Translations under genes and position numbers: made by a program
Virus record (IMG/VR): IMGVR_UViG_3300029305_001653
Span: 1-64,000 of that record
Source of the DNA: a virus
Taxonomy: Duplodnaviria > Caudoviricetes
Length of the DNA: 64,000 bases
Direction: 5' to 3' (one strand)
Shown here: positions 28,383 to 36,651 of the stretch, piece after piece
Numbering within the stretch: the stretch's first letter is position 1
How the letters are laid out: every line of letters starts with the position of its first letter
Notes under the pieces: model-generated
Seen by the model: the letters and a program-made list of their open reading frames with translations, nothing else
Databases searched by the model: none
Told to the model about the DNA's origin: nothing

Positions 28383-29144
28383 ATGAATACTGAATTTGAT
28401 ACTATCCTTCAAATACTGGAAGATGGAGGTAATCCTAGTAACTACATACAAAACGGAGGAGGACTCACATCAATTACAACAGATATAAAAGTAGAAAAGT
28501 ATCGTAATAGTACATCTCGTTTACCTACTGCTGGAGAATATAGTGAAGCTGCACAAAAATCTGCTTTTCAATTTACATCTCAATGGTCTGAACCAAAATA
28601 TCAGTGTCCTAACTGCGGTGGTGGAATGTGTAAAAACATGATGGTTGTATTAACATCTTATCCACCTAAATATGAATATCAATGTGATAAGTGCGGTTAT
28701 ATTGATTATCAGTATATGTAGGAGGTAACTATATGATAGGACCTAATAGTATTAATGAAGAAGCTGAGAAGCTCGCTATTACAGCAGAGATGCCTATAGT
28801 ACAGGCTGTACTAGGTACTGCTTGTATTATATGTGGCGAGTCAATACCTCTTACACCAGATGAAATAATAATGTTGGAACGTGGACATCGTATTAGCAGT
28901 AAAGTCTGTGATAAGTGTAAAGCTGCAGTCTTACGTATGAGAAGGGAAATGTAGGATGAGTGATATACTATATTGTTCAAATATAGATTGTCCTTTCAAA
29001 AAGTGTGAGCATCATCTATCACCTTTGAAGAAAATCAAAGACAAGAGTCAGAGAGTAAGAGTCGCAAATCTATCAGGAGTCTGTAGAGATTATATAAATT
29101 ATCTCTTATATGAAATAGAAAGAGGTAAAGATATTCTTAAATAA
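28383..29144 (+). other. Three small zinc-ribbon or Cys-rich hypothetical genes (28383-28721, 28733-28954, 28956-29144)
   Basis: CxxC pairs; RBSs. Confidence 0.6.
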
Positions 29145-29158
29145 TCTTAAAATTTACT

Positions 29159-29217
29159 AAATCCCTTCTAAAATTAGAAGGGATTTCTTTTTATTTCACG
29201 TATTATAATAATGTAAG
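29159..29217 (+). promoter_or_regulatory. Terminator fused to class-1 promoter (copy 10)
   Basis: AAATCCCTTCTAA/TTAGAAGGGATTT hairpin plus T run; ACGTATTATAATAATGTAAG; downstream leader nearly identical to that of copy 2. Confidence 0.85.
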
Positions 29218-29264
29218 GGAAAGTCCTTACGTAATCAAATACTAACTTAAAGGAGAAATGAATC

Positions 29265-29600
29265 ATGACGACAAAGATGAAAAGATGTGTAGTAGGAACA
29301 TTCCCTGCTTATGAGGTAACTATTGATATAGTATCTTCAGTTGAAGATTATGCTTTGAGCTTCTTAGCAATCTTCAACAATGTCAAGACTAGTAAAGAAC
29401 TTATCAGGATTACTAACGATTATGGATCCAAGGTAAGTGTAGTATGCGTAGAAGATGCTCTTGAGTCTGCCAAAGCTTTCTTATCTCAGTTCGGAAAGAT
29501 TGTGAATGTAGATAAAGTCCTCTGTGCTTCTATCGAAGATGATATCGAGTATGACTTCGATGTCTATGAAGATCTCGTAATTGTACCTTATCAGGACTAA
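29265..29600 (+). CDS. Hypothetical early protein
   Basis: ORF after promoter and RBS. Confidence 0.7.
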   Translation: MTTKMKRCVVGTFPAYEVTIDIVSSVEDYALSFLAIFNNVKTSKELIRITNDYGSKVSVVCVEDALESAKAFLSQFGKIVNVDKVLCASIEDDIEYDFDVYEDLVIVPYQD

Positions 29601-29650
29601 TCAATATTGTGGAGGAGAGGATCCTCTCCTCCCTCTTCTTGGAGGATATC

Positions 29651-29878
29651 ATGGAAACTAAGAATGCTTTAGTACGTAGACTTGTAGCAGATAAAGAATA
29701 TAAGAAAGCACTTCAGATATGTAAAGAATGGGGTTATGTGAACCCTACTCATAGAGAGGTTCTAAGATTAGGATATGAGTGTCTGATGTATCCTAGATTC
29801 TATAAGCAGTTAGGATATGATTGCGATAAGTGTTACCATGAAGCTATCACTGTGTTAGAATTAGTATACAAGATATAA
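29651..29878 (+). CDS. Hypothetical protein
   Basis: GGAGG RBS before ATG 29651; P.FY.QLG.D pattern. Confidence 0.6.
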   Translation: METKNALVRRLVADKEYKKALQICKEWGYVNPTHREVLRLGYECLMYPRFYKQLGYDCDKCYHEAITVLELVYKI

Positions 29879-29975
29879 TAGGATTCTCGAGAAGAGGTTT
29901 ATTCTCTTTTCTTGGATCCTTTTTATATAAGGTAACCCTTTTAAGGGAATTATTTTATAAAGCTATAGAGAGGAA

Positions 29976-30170
29976 ATGGAAATGAAGATAGTACTGAATA
30001 AAGACAAAGAGAAAGTAGCTCTTATACGTCAAGCTCTCAAGGAGAATCAAGGATATTGTCCATGTGCTATAATTAAATCAGATGATACAGAGTGTATGTG
30101 TAAAGAGTTCAGAGAACAAACTACTCCAGGTTTATGTCACTGTGAGTTATACGAGAAAATAGAGGATTAA
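29976..30170 (+). CDS. Ferredoxin:thioredoxin reductase catalytic-subunit-like protein
   Basis: GYCPC, CMC and CHC motifs followed by LY, matching the FTR CPC/CPC/CHC pattern. Confidence 0.8.
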   Translation: MEMKIVLNKDKEKVALIRQALKENQGYCPCAIIKSDDTECMCKEFREQTTPGLCHCELYEKIED

Positions 30171-30180
30171 AATCCTCTGT

Positions 30181-30225
30181 AAAGTAGCCTAGGATTGATC
30201 TTTCTTACGTTGCTTAAGCTGTAAG
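30181..30225 (+). promoter_or_regulatory. Class-2 promoter-like element, copy 3
   Basis: AAAGTAGCCTA-N15-ACGTTGCTTAAGCTGTAAG. Confidence 0.55.
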
Positions 30226-30379
30226 CTTTAAGCTTAAAGCGATGCGTAAGCATCAATAAGCAACTCCGTAAATGGGGAGTCCTATTATATAATTATTATA
30301 ATAATTATATAATCAATAATAATGCTTAAGCTGTAAGCTAATTATCTAAGTAATCTCTGGGAGAGATTACTTAGATAAT
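30211..30379. repeat. Palindrome and direct-repeat cluster (possible replication origin)
   Basis: 17-bp direct repeat TGCTTAAGCTGTAAGCT (30211, 30323); 16-bp palindrome 30225-30240; perfect 30-bp A/T-only palindrome 30284-30313; 18-bp-arm inverted repeat 30341-30379. Confidence 0.8.
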
Positions 30380-30401
30380 ATATTATTATTCTGGAGGATA
30401 T

Positions 30402-30866
30402 ATGGATATACATTATAAAGGATTAATACATGAAAGATTCGAAGATGCTCCATGGGTAGGTACTCTATGGATAGCTCCTGACTGTAAGAATAATTGTAAA
30501 GGATGTCATAATCAGCATCTAATAGATAGTCCTACAATAATAGATACTGCAGAGTATATAGTATCTCAGATAGTAGAGAATCCATTCTCTGAAGGTATCA
30601 TATTAGCAGGATTAGATCCTCTTACTTATCAGGATGAGTTAGTGTATCTGATAAGAGAGTCTCTTAAGAAGAGTCTGAAGATTATACTCTATACAGGAGC
30701 TTCTAGTGAAGAGGAATTACTCTCTATCTGTCCTCAGCTCTCTGAATTTAAAGGAAGAGGTATTCTAGTAAAGTATGGTAAGTATATAGAGGATTTAAGA
30801 GTTCATGATTATTATAGCTACGGAGTATTATTGTCTACATCTAATCAGTATATAGACTTACTCTGA
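30402..30866 (+). CDS. nrdG: Anaerobic RNR-activating radical-SAM protein
   Basis: CKNNCKGCHN CxxxCxxC, GIILAGLDP, LYTG, K.G.Y, SNQ motifs. Confidence 0.85.
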   Translation: MDIHYKGLIHERFEDAPWVGTLWIAPDCKNNCKGCHNQHLIDSPTIIDTAEYIVSQIVENPFSEGIILAGLDPLTYQDELVYLIRESLKKSLKIILYTGASSEEELLSICPQLSEFKGRGILVKYGKYIEDLRVHDYYSYGVLLSTSNQYIDLL

Positions 30867-30958
30867 TAGTTGAGTACTATGCTACTAGTTCATAGAGAAT
30901 GTAATACTGTCTCCACCTCTATATTAAAGAATCAAAATTTAGTACGAGAGGGATAATA

Positions 30959-31435
30959 ATGGATACAGATTTACTTATAACCTGCATGCTATCTAGTACT
31001 CTAGCAGCTACTGTGATTACATCTATAAAAGAATTAGTATTGTGGATATTAAATAGAAGAGCTAAAGTTGATGATGATAATAAAGAAGGTAAAGAGACTG
31101 AGATAATAGATATTCTCAGAGAACATCAGAAGTGTATAGAAACTCTTTCTAATACTATAACAGATATGCAGAAACAGATAGCACTTTCTGTAGAGAATGA
31201 TAAGATAATTCTAAAAGATAAGATTAGATATCTAGTATTAAAATATTCTGAATATGAAGAGATTACACTCGATGAGAAGCAAGCTATACAACATATGTGG
31301 CACATATATCATTATGGTCTAAAAGGTAATGGAGATCTTGATGACTATATGGAAATGTTAGACGAGATACCTGTAAAGTATACTGGATCTCATATACACT
31401 GTAATCACCAATGTAGGAGGGAATTTGATGAATAA
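30959..31435 (+). CDS. Membrane-anchored coiled-coil phage protein
   Basis: N-terminal hydrophobic segment; Y..L.GNG....M..L..IP motif common in Firmicute phages. Confidence 0.6.
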   Translation: MDTDLLITCMLSSTLAATVITSIKELVLWILNRRAKVDDDNKEGKETEIIDILREHQKCIETLSNTITDMQKQIALSVENDKIILKDKIRYLVLKYSEYEEITLDEKQAIQHMWHIYHYGLKGNGDLDDYMEMLDEIPVKYTGSHIHCNHQCRREFDE

Positions 31436-32015
31436 TCTAATAGCACAAGAATTAGTACGTAGTCGTATGAAGAGACTTAGAGAAGATTTTTCTCTGGAAG
31501 ATGATCCAGAAGAAACAGAACAGACATATACCTCTGCAGCTACTAGTATTAATAGTAGTAAGCTTCCTGCTTTATTCCATATGGTGACATTCGAGGAAGG
31601 ATCTATCAATCTTGATTACGGCGGAGGTAGATTCGATAACGTAGCTGAGTATCTAGAGGATACTTATGGAGCTACTAATCTAGTCTATGACAAATACAAT
31701 CGTAGTTCTGACCATAATAGAGAAGTCTTAAATACAATTAGGCAGAATGGTGGAGCTGATACAGTTACTTGTTCTAATGTATTAAACGTTATCGCAGAAG
31801 AGTCTGAGAGATTAGCAGTCCTCAGGAATTGTAAGAGATATCTCAAGTCTGGAGGTACTTGTTACATAACTGTATATGAAGGTAATGGTAAGGGAGAAGG
31901 AGCTCCTACTAAGGCAGGATATCAGCTTAATCGTAAGACGAAGGATTATGAGGATGAGATAAAGCAAGTATTCTCCGATGTGACTAGAAAAGGCAAATTG
32001 TACATATGTAGATAG
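31428..32015 (+). CDS. Class I SAM-dependent methyltransferase with N-terminal leader
   Basis: NLDYGGGRFD, YDKYN, DTVTCSNVLNVI, LKSGG..YITVYEG. Confidence 0.8.
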   Translation: MNNLIAQELVRSRMKRLREDFSLEDDPEETEQTYTSAATSINSSKLPALFHMVTFEEGSINLDYGGGRFDNVAEYLEDTYGATNLVYDKYNRSSDHNREVLNTIRQNGGADTVTCSNVLNVIAEESERLAVLRNCKRYLKSGGTCYITVYEGNGKGEGAPTKAGYQLNRKTKDYEDEIKQVFSDVTRKGKLYICR

Positions 32016-32027
32016 TAGAGAGGCATT

Positions 32028-32504
32028 ATGGATACCTTAAAGAAAATAATAGCAGAAGCATTTAAGTATAAATACATCTCCGAGTCTGCCGTAGAGTGGA
32101 TAGGAGGGCATCCATGGGACGATGACTTATTTCATAAGAATGCTGAGAAATTTGGATTGTCCGTAGAACAAGAATTTATATCTGTCCGAGGTAAGTCTCT
32201 AGAATTTGACTATGTAGTACTAAATACTCCTACTGTATTCTATCATGCTACTCCAAAAGAGAATGTAGAGAAGATTAAGAAAGAAGGTCTTCTACTATCT
32301 AATTCTGCGGAACAGTCAAGAGGTAAATATGTAGTAGGTGTATTCTTATCAGGGTCTAGTGAAGGTATCTCCAGATGGAGAGGAGATAATACTGCTGTAT
32401 TAAAGATAATCCTCCCTAGAGGTACTAAAGTATATCAAGATAGACAATCTAATGCAGTTTTCGTTAGAGAAAATATCCCTAGCAAATTTATTTCAGTAAA
32501 TTAA
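32028..32504 (+). CDS. ADP-ribosyltransferase-fold (Tpt1/DUF952-like) protein
   Basis: FYHATPKENVEKIKKEGL, GVFLS, VLKI, IPSKFI motif series. Confidence 0.65.
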   Translation: MDTLKKIIAEAFKYKYISESAVEWIGGHPWDDDLFHKNAEKFGLSVEQEFISVRGKSLEFDYVVLNTPTVFYHATPKENVEKIKKEGLLLSNSAEQSRGKYVVGVFLSGSSEGISRWRGDNTAVLKIILPRGTKVYQDRQSNAVFVRENIPSKFISVN

Positions 32505-32543
32505 AGGGATTCTAGTGTATTCGACGTATTATAATAATGTAAG
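32505..32543 (+). promoter_or_regulatory. Class-1 promoter, copy 11, directly upstream of the sigH-like gene
   Basis: AGGGATT-N12-ACGTATTATAATAATGTAAG. Confidence 0.85.
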
Positions 32544-32564
32544 CAATCCAAGAGGAGGATTAGG

Positions 32565-33674
32565 ATGAATAGTATTAATAATATAGTGAAGAAGCTTCGA
32601 GAAAATCGAATATTAAATGAGCGTGAGGACTATAGTAAGTATCCAAGAGATAAGTTAATCTCTCTAGCACAAGATGGAGATCAACTTGCTGTCGAGACTC
32701 TTATCTCTACTCATGAAGATTTCATAAAGAGAATGAGTAGTAAGTACTTCCTAGGTAGTGGAGATAAAGAAGATGTGGAACAGATAGCTACTATTGCTTT
32801 CTGGGATGCTATCAATACTTACGACCCTAAGATTAGTGGAGATTTCGAAGCTTATGCAGGTAGGACTATTAAACGTAGGATGTCTGATGAGATACGTAAA
32901 GAAGCAACTGATAAACGTCAAGCTAATAACTTAGCTACTTCTCTTGATGAGCCTGTAGCTAGTGATGATGAAGGTGGAGAGAGTACTCTAGGTTCTACAT
33001 TATCTTCTCAGGTATCTACAGAAGAAGAGTATCTAGGAAAGTTTGGAGCTCGAGATATAATGAAGTTCATAGAGAATAACTTATCTGATACTGAAAGAGA
33101 AGTTATAAAGAAGTATATTCAAGGTTATAAAATCCCTGAGATAGTGGAGGAGATGGACATGAAGTATAAGAGTGTAGAGAATGCTATCTTGAGAGTGAAG
33201 AATAAACTTGCAGAGCATATGAGAAGATCTCACAGTGAGTCAAAGAAACTGAAAGAGGATAATTCCTTAGAGTTCACAGAAGAAGAGAAGCAGGTACTCT
33301 CTAGCATCTTCGGTAAGATAGAGGAGAAAATTTCTATCAGTGAATCTGTACGTAGTGAGCTTGCAGCTACTTATGAGAAGTATACAGAAGAGCAGTTCGA
33401 TTATGAATTAGAAGATATCGAGGATGATGTAGAGGAGATATTATCCGAGTTAGAGGATACTGACTATGATAGCAGAGATGATCTAATTGATTCTTTAGGA
33501 GATCTAAGAGTTAAGCTCTTGACTATGGAGGAGTTCCTGAGTGATGAGCAATATGAAGTATCAGAGAAAATATTAAGTAATATTCGTAATGCCGAGAATG
33601 TAGAATTCAGAGGAGATACTCCTGACGTAGATCCTTACAGAGATAGAGGATTACGTCAGTCAGATTTTGTATAA
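32565..33674 (+). CDS. SigH (Spo0H)-like RNA polymerase sigma factor with N-terminal leader and ~140-aa acidic C-terminal extension
   Basis: AQDGDQLAVETLI, KYFLGSGDKEDVEQ, FEAYA..TIKRR, SLDEP, LSDTEREV..YIQG, KSVENAILRVKNKL parallel B. subtilis SigH (YFLIGADREDIVQ; SLDKP; LSDLERKV; KSIDNALQRVKRKL). Confidence 0.88.
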   Translation: MNSINNIVKKLRENRILNEREDYSKYPRDKLISLAQDGDQLAVETLISTHEDFIKRMSSKYFLGSGDKEDVEQIATIAFWDAINTYDPKISGDFEAYAGRTIKRRMSDEIRKEATDKRQANNLATSLDEPVASDDEGGESTLGSTLSSQVSTEEEYLGKFGARDIMKFIENNLSDTEREVIKKYIQGYKIPEIVEEMDMKYKSVENAILRVKNKLAEHMRRSHSESKKLKEDNSLEFTEEEKQVLSSIFGKIEEKISISESVRSELAATYEKYTEEQFDYELEDIEDDVEEILSELEDTDYDSRDDLIDSLGDLRVKLLTMEEFLSDEQYEVSEKILSNIRNAENVEFRGDTPDVDPYRDRGLRQSDFV

Positions 33675-33695
33675 TTCAGGAGGGAGAGATTGATT

Positions 33696-34694
33696 ATGAG
33701 CATTGACAATATAGTGAAGAGACTTAGAGAGTCTAGATTAAATGAAGAATCTAAAAAGTATGAATATAAGTTCGATATTCCGTGGAGAGAATCCATGAGT
33801 AATGAGTATGATGAGATGTATCATTACTATCCTAATATGGAATATGCAGATAGAATCATGAAGTCAGCAATCGCAGATTTCAATGATATAGACTGGTCAG
33901 AGTATACTTCCTCAGATGATCGTACAGAAGATTGTAATATCATCCGTATGACTATGGACTTTGATAGTAAAGGAAACTGCGTCATCACAGTAGTTACTAA
34001 TACTGTATGGGATGATGAACAGATCCAGTCTGTCATGGACTATCTTGAAGGTCAGATGAGTGATGGCTGGGGAGAAGGATTTGAGCAGAGAGAAGTTGCT
34101 CAAGAAACTGACTATGAAGAAGAGTGGGTAGAAGATGAAGAGGAAGAAGATGGAGGATACTATACAGAGAATAGGATTGTAAAGTATTACTATGGTCAAT
34201 TCTGGTGGAGTAGTAGGAGTAATCCGTGGACTATTACACTCCTCAGTACTCCTCATGATAAGAACATGCCTACGAATGAATCTAATAGTATCTCCATGGA
34301 ATTCGCTACAGATTCTGAAGCTCATGAGTGGGCAGAGGAGAATGGTTATCAAGTAGATAAGATTCAGCAAGGTAAGGGAGATAAGTCTTGTATCTGTTGG
34401 ATGAGTAAGATTGAGGAGTCTTCAGATTATCTGAATTCATTTAGTAAAGATGTCATGAGAGCAGTCAATAGTGAAGCTCCTAGTGCTCTTCACTGGAAAG
34501 ATGGAGACCTTGTTCAGAATACTAAAACTAATATAGTAGCTACTTTTAGAGGATATGAAAAGAACTCTATTACAGGTACGTATAGAGCAGTATTTGAGTA
34601 CGAAGATGACGGAGATTCTGTTATTGATAAAATCCCTCTCAAGACATTACAGTCAGATATCAAAAGTAAAATTTTAGTAAAGGTAATGAAATAG
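33696..34694 (+). CDS. Acidic multi-module protein with shared leader (putative internal head protein)
   Basis: MSIDNIVKRLRESRLNEE leader; LEGQMSDGWGEGFEQ motif. Confidence 0.6.
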   Translation: MSIDNIVKRLRESRLNEESKKYEYKFDIPWRESMSNEYDEMYHYYPNMEYADRIMKSAIADFNDIDWSEYTSSDDRTEDCNIIRMTMDFDSKGNCVITVVTNTVWDDEQIQSVMDYLEGQMSDGWGEGFEQREVAQETDYEEEWVEDEEEEDGGYYTENRIVKYYYGQFWWSSRSNPWTITLLSTPHDKNMPTNESNSISMEFATDSEAHEWAEENGYQVDKIQQGKGDKSCICWMSKIEESSDYLNSFSKDVMRAVNSEAPSALHWKDGDLVQNTKTNIVATFRGYEKNSITGTYRAVFEYEDDGDSVIDKIPLKTLQSDIKSKILVKVMK

Positions 34695-34717
34695 ATTGAT
34701 CGTAGGTGGTGGAGGAT

Positions 34718-36631
34718 ATGCGTAATTTAAGTAGTATCCCTCAAATTAAGAATCTTAATGAAGAAGAGAGTAGACTATTCTATGCTATTCTGTCAGCGTC
34801 ATCTAATAGATCTTCCTTAGATCTGTCTCCTATTGAAAATTTGTACAAGGTAGACTATGATGAGATCCCTGTATCTATAGATGAATTCCTAGAGAATGAT
34901 TACTATCTAGGAAAAGTATATAATAATGGTAAAAATATCTATCCTTACTGGAGAAATTTCCTACATAACTTCTTCCATGATAATCCAGAGAAGGCTTTCG
35001 AAGTAGCGTTAACAGGAGCTATCGGTGTCGGTAAGACAACTATCGCATCGATAGCTCTTATCTACTTAATATACAAAACTCTTTGTCTCAAAGATCCTCA
35101 AAAATTCTATGGACTATCTGCTAACTCTCCTATCGTATTCGTAGTAATGAATTTAACTTTAGAGTTGGCTTATAGCGGTCTTTATTCCTTGATAGTAGAA
35201 GCTATTAGATTGTCTCCTTGGTTCTGTGAAAGAGTAGATATAAGAGGTAAGTATGAATTCTCTATCACATTCCCTAAGAATGTAGCACTTATGGCTGGAT
35301 CTCAAACTACTCACACAATAGGTAAGAACGTATTAGGAGCTGTACTCGATGAAGTTAACTTCAGTAGTGCTCCTAAAGGTTCTAAAAATTCAGTGATGGA
35401 TATGTATCGTAATATTCGTAGACGTCTTGAGTCTCGATTCTTGAAGCAAGGTCGTATGCCAGGTATCCTGATGATGGTATCTTCTAAGAATACAGAGTTA
35501 GACTTCTTGGAGCAGTATATACAGAGTATCAAACATCAGAAGACTACATGGGTAGTAGATGAACCTGTATATAATATCAAACCTCCAGAGACATACATAG
35601 GTACTAGATTCAAAGTGGCTGTAGGTGATAAAACTAAAGAAAGTTATCTAGTAAAAGAAACAGATGATATAGATGAGATTTTGAGTAGAGGTTATCGTAT
35701 TATAGAAGTACCTACAGAGTATAGAGTAGCATTTGAGCAGGATATTAATGATGCCTTGAAGGACATAGCAGGTATCTCTGCTGTATCCACTAGTAAATTA
35801 ATTCCATATGCTGGACGTATAGATATATGCTTCGATAGTAAACGAAAGTCTCCATTCTATACAGAAGAGATTCAGTTAGGATTAGATAGTATCGATGATA
35901 TAAAAGACTTCTTGGAGGATCTTTCTATTCTAAGAAGAAATCTTAATAAACCAAGATTCGCTCATATAGATATAGGATTAAAGGGAGACAGATTAGGATT
36001 AGCAATCGCTCATAGTAGTAAGTCTATTACAGTAGATAGATATACAGCTACAGGAGCTATAGATAAAGTATCCGAGAATTTGTACGATATTGATTTAATG
36101 CTTTCTATAAAAGCATTACCTGGTAGCGAGATACCTCTCTTTAAAGTACGTGAATTTCTCATATGGCTCAATTCATATATAGGATATAAATTTAAGAAGA
36201 TTACTTTCGACGGATTCCAGTCTGCTGATAGTATCCAGTTATTGCAGATATCAGGATTACCTTCAGGATTGTTGTCTGTAGATAGGACTGATATCCCTTA
36301 TTTAAATCTTCGAGCTTGTATACTAGAACAGAGATTAGTAGGATACTACAATAGTATTTTACTAGAGGAATTACGTGACCTAGAGTATGACAGGAGAGCT
36401 AAAAAGGTAGACCATCCGATAGTTAAGTACGATGGTAGTCCTGGCTCAAAAGACTTATCTGATGCTCTTTGCGGAGCAGTATATAATGCTCAAGAATATT
36501 ATTCGAAGCAGAAAAATAATCATATCTCTAAAGAGACTAATGTTAATGCAGCTATGGATGCTTTAGCTAGACTAAAGAATCTGCGTAATATAGAGAAGAG
36601 TAAAGAGTATGATTGGGTACTATATGATTAA
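34718..36631 (+). CDS. Terminase large subunit
   Basis: Walker A GAIGVGKT, Walker B VLDEVN, nuclease AHIDIG, TFDGFQS, KVDHP..SKDLSDA. Confidence 0.92.
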   Translation: MRNLSSIPQIKNLNEEESRLFYAILSASSNRSSLDLSPIENLYKVDYDEIPVSIDEFLENDYYLGKVYNNGKNIYPYWRNFLHNFFHDNPEKAFEVALTGAIGVGKTTIASIALIYLIYKTLCLKDPQKFYGLSANSPIVFVVMNLTLELAYSGLYSLIVEAIRLSPWFCERVDIRGKYEFSITFPKNVALMAGSQTTHTIGKNVLGAVLDEVNFSSAPKGSKNSVMDMYRNIRRRLESRFLKQGRMPGILMMVSSKNTELDFLEQYIQSIKHQKTTWVVDEPVYNIKPPETYIGTRFKVAVGDKTKESYLVKETDDIDEILSRGYRIIEVPTEYRVAFEQDINDALKDIAGISAVSTSKLIPYAGRIDICFDSKRKSPFYTEEIQLGLDSIDDIKDFLEDLSILRRNLNKPRFAHIDIGLKGDRLGLAIAHSSKSITVDRYTATGAIDKVSENLYDIDLMLSIKALPGSEIPLFKVREFLIWLNSYIGYKFKKITFDGFQSADSIQLLQISGLPSGLLSVDRTDIPYLNLRACILEQRLVGYYNSILLEELRDLEYDRRAKKVDHPIVKYDGSPGSKDLSDALCGAVYNAQEYYSKQKNNHISKETNVNAAMDALARLKNLRNIEKSKEYDWVLYD

Positions 36632-36651
36632 ACAGGAGGTGAAGATTTTCT

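Noticed and set aside
8848-32526. Spo0A boxes (TTCGACA at 8848; near-match TTCGACG at 32520 in the sigH promoter)
   Set aside because: A 7-mer with mismatches is expected by chance in 64 kb; not supportable without binding data
13414-36631. Introns or inteins in nrdD, helicase or terminase
   Set aside because: ORFs are continuous and of ordinary length with no intein or homing-endonuclease insert
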